A stretch of 64,000 nt of DNA, taken from contig NC_043006.1 in the NCBI RefSeq assembly GCF_006345805.1, forward strand, positions 55,800,001 to 55,864,000. Reading direction: 5' to 3'. A program made the position numbers and the translations under genes. Position 1 is the first letter of the stretch, and each line of letters starts with the position of its first letter. Below are positions 53,579-64,000 of the stretch, in pieces. The notes below the pieces were generated by a model. The model did not search any database. It saw nothing but the letters and a program-made list of their open reading frames with translations, and was not told where the DNA came from. The stretch is from Octopus sinensis (taxonomy: Eukaryota).

Positions 53579-54178
53579 GATACGGAAGGGAATATGGCGA
53601 CTGCTCTTCACTGCCGGACGTGGATTAGCACAACATCTCTGCGTCTGCCGCCAAAAAGTGAAATGAAAAATGAGCCAGGGTATTTGGCTAGGTGTTATAT
53701 CATTTGGCTAGGTTTGTTGTGAAGACGGCCAGAGTTATCTTGAAGTGGGGAAAGTTTGTATTAATAATGTAGCGTCCCTGTGGGGATGGGGGTGTGGTTT
53801 GGGGGTTTATGGTATGTATAGTGGTGTCATATGTATAACTTTTACTGGGGGTGCAGGTATACATAGCGCTGTTGTTCGTTGGTCTCTTTTATTTCTCTGA
53901 AGGATAAAGTTGTGGGGCTTTCTATATTAGCGTGCGATGATATCAAAAGTCCGAAAATAAACCAGAAATAATACTACCACTACCACAAAAATAAGAACTT
54001 CATCTTTAAGAGCAAGTGTATTTGAAGTGGTTTAACGAAAGTGCTCACACACTAGAAGAAAACTTCTTTCCAAAAGAAGGTTAGTAACATCCTCATAAAA
54101 GATTTCATAACATATTTTTAGAAAATAAAAATATCCCCATTATACTTAAAAAACTGTATTAATTAATCCTCATAGACG

Positions 54179-54258
<80 letters not shown>

Positions 54259-54349
54259 TATATATTTCAAATGACACTTGAAATAAAATTACTACGAACT
54301 TCCTTTATTTTGGAGAGAATATTAAGTTGTGTGTGTGGGTGTTTGTGTT

Positions 54350-54385
<36 letters not shown>

Positions 54386-54483
54386 AAAGCTTATATATAA
54401 AGAACGTGAAATTCACGAATTGTCAAACACGGAAAAACGGACAGTAATTCAGAGCCTTCATTCTTCAATATATATATATATAT

Positions 54484-54850
54484 AGGCGCAGGAGTGACTG
54501 TGTGGTAAGTAGCTTGCTAACCAAACACATGGTTCCGGGTTCAGTCCCACTGCGTGGCACCTTGGGCAAGTGTCTTCGGCTATAGCCCCGGGCCGACCAA
54601 TGCCTTGTGAGTGGATTTGGTCGTATATATGTATATATATATATATAAGTGTGTATATATATTTGTGTGTCTGTGTTTGTCCCCCTAGCATTGCTTGACA
54701 ACATAGCGGTTCGGCAAAAGAAACCGATAGAATAAGTACTGGGCTTACAAAGAATAAGTCCCGGGGTCGATTTGCTCGACTAAAGGCGGTGCTCCAGCAT
54801 GGCCGCAGTCAAATGACTGAAACAAGTAAAAGAGTAAAAGAGTAAAAGAG
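54484..54850 (+). mobile_element. SINE family B
   Basis: Same head and tail. Partial copies at about 2085-2250, 12505-12685, 18565-18603, 21225-21365, 26270-26400, 28310-28545 and 29768-29858. Confidence 0.9.
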
Positions 54851-56619
54851 TATATATACATATATATGCACCTATGGTTTTCGCATATCCTTTGGTCAAT
54901 GGCGTATAAATGGTTGTATGGATATGTTTAAATAAGACTGTGAAAGGTAAGATAGAGATTTGATCTGGAACCTAATCTAGGAAGTTGTTAAAAGTGGGTG
55001 GATATGAGTGGGTGGGAAAAGAGGAGACAAATATAACTAATAAGATGGAAAAGGAAATATTGAAAGTGCTGCGAAAAGGAAGGAGCAAAAAACAAAAAAG
55101 GTAGGTCCATCATCTTGGTGTTTTTCATCTGTTCTTTCTAGCTTTCCTAAGAATTGTCTTTCTATTAATCTTTCTGTGTCGCTACTTTGCTCACTCACTC
55201 ACTCACATACTCACTCACTCTCACTCACTCACTCACTCACTCACTCACTCACTCACTCACTCACTCACTCACTCACATACTCACTCACTCTCACTCACTC
55301 ACTCGCTGATTCGATCTCTCTCAAAAACACAGATACACACACCCACACACAATTTTCCACTCTCCTTGTCTCTCTATCTCTCCCCCCTCTCTCTGTCCCT
55401 CATTCCCTTAGCTCTAATTTTTGTCAATTTTTGCGTCACTGTGTCTGGTTGTTGCATTTAGATGTATATCCGAACTATTTACCATCTGTTGGAAATCGAC
55501 ACGGATTTCAACACTGGATTATTAAGTGAGAAGGACACACAGAAACATCTCAATCTACTAGAAAGAGCAGCTAGATTTTTCTCTTAAAACCGGATAATGT
55601 TGTTTTAGCAATACTATTTCTGAAAGAAGGCCAGATGCTTTGGCTGGAATCTTTTTGATCATGGCCCTGCTTGTAAACGTTTCATACAATAACTTAATAC
55701 ACTCGGTACAACATAAAATGGCAATTCACAAAAGTTGCTGGTTGTGGTATGGTAAAGTGCATGAGTACTATTGACATCATGAATACGGACACCGTCTAAA
55801 GTTACATACATAAAAACAAGAAAACAGTTTCTTTATTATGTTTATTTATTTAACTCGTGTTCTGTTTTTTTTTCCTATTCTGTATAATCTTTTTACTATC
55901 AGTATCTTATCTACACAAAAAAACTTCTCATTTTGTGGAGGAGAGAAGAACAGTAGATTAAATCGACTTCAGCTTAATTAATTGACTGGCGCTTAATTTT
56001 TATTCTCCTTGAAAGGATGAAAGGCAAACTTTAGCTTAACGGGATTTAAACTCAGAACCTAAAAAAAAAAGTGGAACAAATCACGCAAAGAATGTTATTC
56101 GATGGTCTCAAAGACTGCGCTAGTTTAGCGCCCTCCACCCTCTTATAATTGGTAGTTGACAAAATAAAAGTAGGTTAAAAACAATGACGGAAAGAAAAGC
56201 GACCATTTAACCTGAAGATAAAAAAAAAAAGGAGATGTAATAAAACTTATGGGTGACTAAATAGAGAAGGAGGAACGAGATCCTGCTCTGTTGACATTCC
56301 GATCTTTTTGTATTTTTTTCCATTACAAAGTGCCTGAAAAGTGGTTTGACATTTCCTAATAGCCTAGAAATTAAAAAAAGAAACTGTACTTTTTATAGTT
56401 GAACATGTCCTTGCTTTCCTAGTTCTATTTACTTAACCCCACCACAAAAAACAAAAAAACAAAAACAAAACAAAAACAAAGCAAAAAAAGCAAAATAAAC
56501 AAAAAAAAACTCATATATGTTGTTCCATAAACAAGAGATTTGGTTAAAAGTTAAGGATGTCGGACCGAACACATCGAGAACTAATTTACTGCTCCAAGGT
56601 TTCACAATCAAAATTTTGC

Positions 56620-57830
56620 CAAATCTTGCGTTTTGATGACCTTATTTCCACATGACAATAACAGATTAAGTAACAATAGTGAGGGAGACACTAAATATTC
56701 CAGCATTTAATTCCATACCTCATCGGTTTAGGTTTAGAGCCTTCTTTCCCAATACTCTAAATTAACAAAGCTGTTGAGCGGACTTTTATAATACTTATTT
56801 CTTTTTCAACAACTTTAGACGTTTAATTTAAGTGTGATGATTTCAATCACATATTGAACTCAAATCGGATTGTGCTCCATCAAAGAGTCACGTTTTACGC
56901 AAGCAACTAACACAGTTTTGATTCGCAGATGACGTTTATTCATTGCTGAAACCACAGCTCAGCTGCGGACCATGCTGACAGAATTGTACACTGAGCTTAA
57001 CTGTAGTTCTTAAAATGAAAGGCATGAAAACAAAATATGTGCGGTCGGAAGACGCAGCCCAAGACCAAATAGGTGGGAAGCGATGAAATCCTTTCTACTA
57101 TATGCACTAGGCCTGGAGTTTTGTGATGAGGGGACAGTTGATCACAACGAGCCCGATATTTTACTGATAGTTAATTTATCGATCCCAAAAGGATGAAAAG
57201 CAAAGTCGACCTCGATGGAACTTGCACTCAGGACTTAGCGACGGGTGAAATACCGCTGAGCATTTCGCCCGGTGCTAACGATTCTGCCAGCTTGCTGCCT
57301 TGGGAAGCTATGAAATCGAGGAGGTATAGGAGCACCTCTACTTAAAGCACACAGTGAATATGCACCGAGATATGGATGCTAAAATCTCGAAAAGATTAAG
57401 GGCAGGATGAAAGGCCTTCAACTCAATAAAGGATGAGCTTCAAACAAAGCTAGGTAATGACTTACTTGCCAGACTCTATATTATCACCGTCCTACCTCCG
57501 CTATCATACACAAGAAAGACGTGGGTTACTACGAAGAGAACAGAATATAAATTGGCTATGACTCAAGAGGCCATAGAAAGATCTTTGATAGGAATTATAC
57601 AAAGAGAACGGAGTGGAGGGAACAATATAATCGCAGCGTATCGAAAGTAGAACTTCTGCTGGGCCGGATATGCTGCAAGATTCACAGACAGCATGTTGAC
57701 CCTTGTCGTTGCCGAGTCCTAGAGGTCAGAAAAAGCCGCTTGACGACAGAAGACGATTTAGTCAAGCAATATGGGTCAAGATGGAAAAGAATGGCGCAAT
57801 TAAGACAAAATTGGAAGTGCATTGTGACCT
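56620..57830 (+). mobile_element. Heavily degraded RTE-like LINE interrupted by a SINE (~57090-57300)
   Basis: FADD at ~56922-56933, followed by RLRAG*KAF, TVLPPLSY and TQEAIERSLIGI. Confidence 0.65.
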
Positions 57831-57947
57831 GCGATGCATAACTGCATTTGATGGTCTGGTCGATACCTTGATGCTGTAGTACTGTGATACACACACACAC
57901 ATTCACACACACACATATGCATATACATGCACACATATGCATACACA

Positions 57948-58540
57948 CACAGTGGGTAAGATGGGTAAATTGTAACCATTTTATATTTTTAATTTCGTGT
58001 ATGCGCATTGATTGTTCTCGATTTGTCGACTACACAGTATAGTGGGGTCAGTTGGGCATCACCTGTGAGAAAAACAGCACCATGACGCAATTCATTCTTC
58101 CAGAAATTTGGAAGCGACATGCTGTCAACTCGGAGTCATTACGAAGTCAAGGAGAGAACCCAGCCATGGCTGTCAAGCAATTTCTGCGAACACATCTCTC
58201 CTAACATCTGGTTACCTAACTCCTCAGAATACAATCCCCTTGATTATTATGTGGTGGGCGTTGTTGAGGGAGAGAGATCAACAAAACTCCTTGTAACACC
58301 AAAGATGAACCGAAGGTAAGCATTATGGCAGCATTGACTATCTTAAACAAGGGGACCGTCCACAAGAGTTGCAGGAGAGTCCATGGTTGAAACAAATGGC
58401 GATTTCATTGAATAAATGTACTGTTTAGTGTTTCAAGATACTTTTTTGTAATTTTGGTAAATATGTCTATCGAAATAAGATGTCAGTGTTATTTTAATTT
58501 TTGTGTAATCTAGACAACAATTTATTCACCGCATCCTGTA
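57948..58540 (+). mobile_element. Deleted maT/DD37D-like element (MITE-like)
   Basis: WLPNSSEYNPLDYYVVGVVE; imperfect TIRs gatgggtaaattgt / acaatttattcaccgcatcctgta. Confidence 0.65.
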
Positions 58541-59102
58541 TGTGTGTGGCTGTGTGTGTGTGTATGTGTGTGTGGCTGTGTGTGTGGCTGTGTGTGTGCG
58601 TGAGTGCGTATGTGTGTGTGTATTTACGGAGAGATAGAGGAAAAGAAAGAGAAGTAAAGAGAAGAGAAAGCAGCAGTCACATATCAATCACCTGACTGAT
58701 TAAATTTGAGTGATTCATAATGGATTACTTCATAGAAAATCTGATAACAGATATAACCGAATAGATAGTGAGAGGATAATAGAAATAGAGTAAAAATACA
58801 ATGAAAGTATAAGTAACGTAATTAAAATAATTGAAAACAGAACTAAAAGAAAAATTCTACAAAATACACATTAAAGAGCAACAATGTCTCTACCTCTCGC
58901 AAAAAAAAAGAAAAAAAACGGGAATATATCTCGAAATAGCAAAAAAAATATACTTTGAAACTGAAATTTCCTCACTAAGATTTATGTTTTTGGTTTCAAA
59001 TTTTCGTATTTTACATATTAATATTCCGTATGTATCTGTGTCTCTGTGTGCATGTATGTGTGTGTATTTATGTGTGTGTGTATGTATGTATGTATGTACG
59101 TG

Positions 59103-59134
<32 letters not shown>

Positions 59135-59962
59135 TGTATGTATGTATGTATGTATGTATGTATGATGTCCGTTTATTCGTCTATTGTTTGAACCAACTTT
59201 CTGCTAAGGGAAGTTTGACCTTATATGAAACTGTTGTCAACTTTATTTGGTTAATGTTTTTGGATATTGTATTAATTGATTAATTCTTTATTATATTGTA
59301 TTAAAATTAACATACATATACATTTTCTTCATGTACTGGTCTCTTCGCTTTTCAGCAAGGCAAGAGAAAGTACCACCACGCGAAGAAAAATGAACGACAC
59401 GCAACGCGACAGAAATTGTAAAAGGAAAAAAAAAACCTTCTTCTTTTTCTTATCCACGCATTCTATAAAAACTTAAAACAACATAACCGAACTTTCAATC
59501 ATGTACATTTGTTACAATCTACGCTCTACATTTAATGATATTATCGGTGAAACTCATTGAAATGTATGTGAACAGTTGACCATTTGATCGCTGAAACATG
59601 TTTGTCCGTACTTCTTAACTCTGTTAAACCACGGTTGTTTTATATATATTTGTACCGTTCATATACAAAATATTGTTGAAACTAGTTTGGTATGCATGTA
59701 AATAAATCTCTTTAAAAACTACGGCACGTTTTTGAAATTCAGGTGCATTTTCAAACCGCAACGGACACACACACATAAGATTAAATGGAGCAGGAAGACA
59801 CGCGCGGACGGAGAAGGTCGATGTAGAGGTCGCAGATGTGTGACGAAAGATTTCCGGACTATAGACATAAGATAAAATAAGAACAGTAATAAACGAGTGA
59901 AGAACGAATATATAGTGCGTGTGTTTATTTGGCAAAAAAATGGCCATCCCGACATAATATAC

Positions 59963-60043
<81 letters not shown>

Positions 60044-60201
60044 CGTTTATATATATATTGCAAGATTTTTTATGTGAAATCGTGTGTTGAAACAGATATT
60101 GTTGTATTTAGGAATGGTCATTTTGCCAGTTTAGCCAATAACACCAAATATATAGTGCGTGTGTTTTTATGGGCTAAACTGGCAAAATGTCCACTATATA
60201 T

Positions 60202-60243
<42 letters not shown>

Positions 60244-60321
60244 GGTAGTCTCACATGTTTTGAGAAAGGGTTCTGCTGTTTCTTACTAAACAATAAAAAT
60301 GTTTGGTTTACAGTGATCAAA

Positions 60322-61240
60322 TATACGTGGTGATGGGAGGCTGAAAACTTCATAGGCTGACTATGAAGGTGCGATGCTGGAGCTGTGAAATCTTGCATGC
60401 ATTAATCTCAAATCTCCTTCTTAATAACTGCATTGTTTCTTTCCGGGTAAATTGATATCTGACTGTTCAAAGACTTCAAATGTAACTAGTAGCAACTTCT
60501 CTCGAAAATGGACAAAATCTGGCATCGTCATGTTATTAAGTACCTGCAGAAAAGGCCATTTATGCTGACATGCTTTCTACCTTTTGGATGGATAACAGTC
60601 CAGATTTTTCAACAGTGCAAAAGAGGGTAGCTCAGTTTAAAATGGAAAGGGAGAATCTAGAAGATGACCCAACATCTGGGCGTCCTGCAACTGCTACCAC
60701 CGAGGAAAACTGAACGTGTTCGCCACAGAGTGGCGGATGATAGGCGATTGATTACAAATTAAACAGCAAATGCTATTAGCGTATTCCGTAAGATAGTTGA
60801 GAATATTCTACACAATCAACTTGGTATGACGAAGGTTTCTGCTCGGTGGGCTCCATGTCGTCTGATATCTGATCAAAAACGGCACCATGCTGATGACCTC
60901 ACAGGAAAATCTGACATTGTTTCAGGCAGACCCAGCTGGTACGCTTCAAAGGTTTCGTGACTCAGGATGAGTGACGGCTTCATTACTTTGAGCAACAGAC
61001 AAAGATACAATCTATGCAGTGGAAATACCTCTCCTCACTTGCTCCAGAGCAAGCCAAGGTTGTTTCATCTGCAGGGATGGTGATGGTCTCAGTTTTTGGG
61101 GGATGCAAAAAGCATCGTGTATAAACACGATGCATCTTGCATCCCCCAAAACTATCTTCCAAAGAGTTACATCTTCAATGGAAAGTATTGTGCTAACTTG
61201 CTGAGGCAGTCACGAAAGGCTGTCAAGAGCAAACGTCTAT
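60322..61240 (+). mobile_element. Different mariner (Himar1/Hsmar2-like), 5' two-thirds
   Basis: LEDDPTSGRPATA, LGMTKVSARWAP, VTQDE, QSMQWK and SAGMVMVSVF; truncated shortly before the neighbouring mariner. Confidence 0.8.
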
Positions 61241-61339
61241 TGCGGAAATGACGAAGAGAAAGAGCATGCTATGGTGAAGGTAAGAAGAATTTGGGCAGTC
61301 CCTGCTAGTATCAATGCTACATTTCAATTAGCAATACTG

Positions 61340-62440
61340 TTTTGAAGAGTGCAATTCAGTTTTAACAGTTACTTTTTCAAAGCTTTAATGGAAAAGGGAC
61401 AAAGGAGCATATTCGCCGTATCTTACTTTATGAGTTCAATAGCGGCAACAACGAAACGGAAAGTGCGAAGAATACTAATGCAGTATATGGGGATCGGACA
61501 ATAAGAGAAATCCAGTGTCAACGGAATTTCTAGAAAATTCCGAACCGGAAACTATAGCCTAGAAGACGAGCTTCGTCCTGGAAGATCTATAGAGCTCGAC
61601 GAGGACGTCCTGAAAACCCTGGTGGAATAAAATCCCATCGTAGCTGTTGAAGAACTTGGAGAGAAGCTTAGATTTGGTCATCGGAAAAGTTAGCAAATTG
61701 AGTCAATGGATTCCTCACAAACTTTCCGAGTCTAACCACAAGCAGAGAGTGAATGTGTACACTTCTTTGATGTCATGTCTCATGAATGAACCTTTTTGGA
61801 CCGAATAAGTGACTGCTGACGAGAAATGGGTTCTATATAAACATGCCAAGCGCCGAAGACAGTAGGCAAGGAAAGGAGAAACAGGCTAAAGAAGTTATTC
61901 ATCTACGTAGGGTGTTGTTATCTGTTTGGTGGGATATGAAAGGTTTAGTCCACTTTGAACTTTTAAACTCAAACCAAATGATAATAAAGGAGATCTACTG
62001 CGAGAATCTTGGCGGCTTAAGTCAGCGATAGAAGAAAAAGGACCATCTTCGGTTTCAAGACGGAAGGTGTTCTTCTATCAGGATAATGCTTGGTCACATA
62101 CAGCGAGGATGACATTATAAAGACTGGAGCAGTTTGAATGGGAAACGATGCCCCACCCACAACATTCGCCGGATATTGTTCCTTGTGATTATCATTTATT
62201 CTGCCGTCTTCAAAATCATTTGTACGGAAAATATGAATTCTGTAGACGAGATCAGAACAGTACAGGAGTAGTATTTTCGTCACGGAGAAGTGAATTTTTG
62301 AAGAGAGGCTACCAAATAGATGGAATAGCATTGTAGAAAATGAAGGATAGCATAGTTTAACTTAAAAAAGAACTTTGTTTATCTAAATTTTGAAAAATTA
62401 AAAGAAGGAAAAGACGCATTTTTATGGGATGACCGAAAAT
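61340..62440 (+). mobile_element. Second copy of the same mariner family, left TIR missing
   Basis: Colinear with ~23075-24212; motifs LLSVWWDMKGLVHFELL and HPQHSPDIVPCDYHLF; right TIR tttatgggatgacc. Confidence 0.9.
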
Positions 62441-63017
62441 ATATGTATGTACGTATGTATGTATGTATGTATGTATGCATCACTTAATGCACACAGTATA
62501 AAGATACGAGCTCCTGATAATTTTGTGCATTTGAAACGCGAATCTAGGCAGGTTTTTATAACACACCTCGTGTTATAGATCAGCCTAGACTCGCGCCTCC
62601 AATACATGAAACAAATAATAGCTTCTGCCTTTATACTGTGTACATTAAATGACATTTACCTCTAACTGGATGGAATACCGTTTTGTTGATCTTAACTGAA
62701 CAGAACAGTAAACTCGTTTTCTTTCTCTCTCTCTCTCTCTCTCTCATTCTCTCAATACACACAAACATATACATATATATGATCAGATGTTTCGTATAAC
62801 AGTATACAAATTTTAAATATTTTTGATACATGTAACAATGTGCATGATGTTAGAAAATTTAGAATATAAACATAATTTCATATATAGTATTTTCAAATGT
62901 ACATGTGCGCACAAACCCACCCATGTGCGTGCGTGCGTGTGTGTATGTATGTGTATATGTATTAAATATATGTGTATGTAAAGAAAAATAGGTAAAAAGA
63001 AGGATACATACACACAC

Positions 63018-63320
<303 letters not shown>

Positions 63321-63500
63321 TCTAGCAGAAGTAATAGACTGACTCAATTTCCGACAGTTTCGTGCTTTGGCATGACTGTACATATAGATAGATAAATAGG
63401 TAGATTTTTACCTTGTTTTTCATGCAGTACCCACGCATTCAGTACTCCCAGTAATAAACAAAATGCTTCAACTGTATAGGGAAGACAAATTCATATGCAT

Positions 63501-63532
<32 letters not shown>

Positions 63533-64000
63533 GAATATATATATATATATATTGGTATAATGACAAAAACCTTTATAGTAGGAATCTTTATAGTAGAAGC
63601 GGCATGGAGGCGGGGTTGTCTGTGAGGTAGAGAATAAGTGAACATGTGAGCGAGGGAGGGAGAGAGGGAACCAGAATGCACGTGTCTATAAGAAGTGAAA
63701 GGACTATAGTTTAGTGGGAGGAAAAAGAAATGTTATAGAATGATGAAGAGAGAGGATGAGTGTTGAGTAAAGAAGAGAACGAGAGGTAAAGAATATAAGA
63801 GTGATGCATCAGTTCAGAGAGAGAGAGAAGGGGGGGGAGAGAAGGGGGAGAAGAGAGAAATGAGGAAATGTTGAGAAGGGAGCGGAAGGAGAGGAAGAGT
63901 TAGGAATGGTTAGGAGGAGAAACAGAATGGGTGTGAGGGGAGATGGTGAAAGAGAGGAGTAAGGAACAGAGTGATAATGAATAACGGAATGATGATCTGC

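Noticed and set aside
59718-59762. Minus-strand gcggt-TTGAAAA...AAAACGT-gccgt hammerhead-like relic
   Set aside because: GAAA and the cleavage triplet are both disrupted; too degenerate to call.

Overview
AT-rich, microsatellite-dense animal genomic DNA. The SINE families and repeat landscape suggest an octopus or other coleoid cephalopod (inference). Nearly all short ORFs in the track are microsatellite artefacts. One host gene is supported: a minus-strand cholinesterase (AChE-like). It has a large coding exon (CDS 39433-37944, intact Ser/Glu/His triad but an unusual GGA oxyanion loop) spliced in frame across a ~32.6 kb intron to a 185-nt exon at 5313-5129 that the ORF track misses. The rest is transposon-derived: R4/Dong-type LINE fragments in (TAA)n, RTE-like LINE relics, mariner/Tc1/maT DNA transposons, at least three tRNA-headed SINE families, an ORF1-only L1/Tx1-like element, and many Penelope-like (PLE) pieces in (TA)n. 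The most striking structures are (1) a ~2.9 kb spacer-less palindrome of a Naiad-like PLE, (2) a 363-bp direct-repeat-bounded non-coding unit carrying a well-formed hammerhead ribozyme (retrozyme-like), and (3) about nine minimal hammerhead motifs with variant cores (CCGANGA, UUGANAA) spread through and around the gene. All alignments and folds were done by eye.
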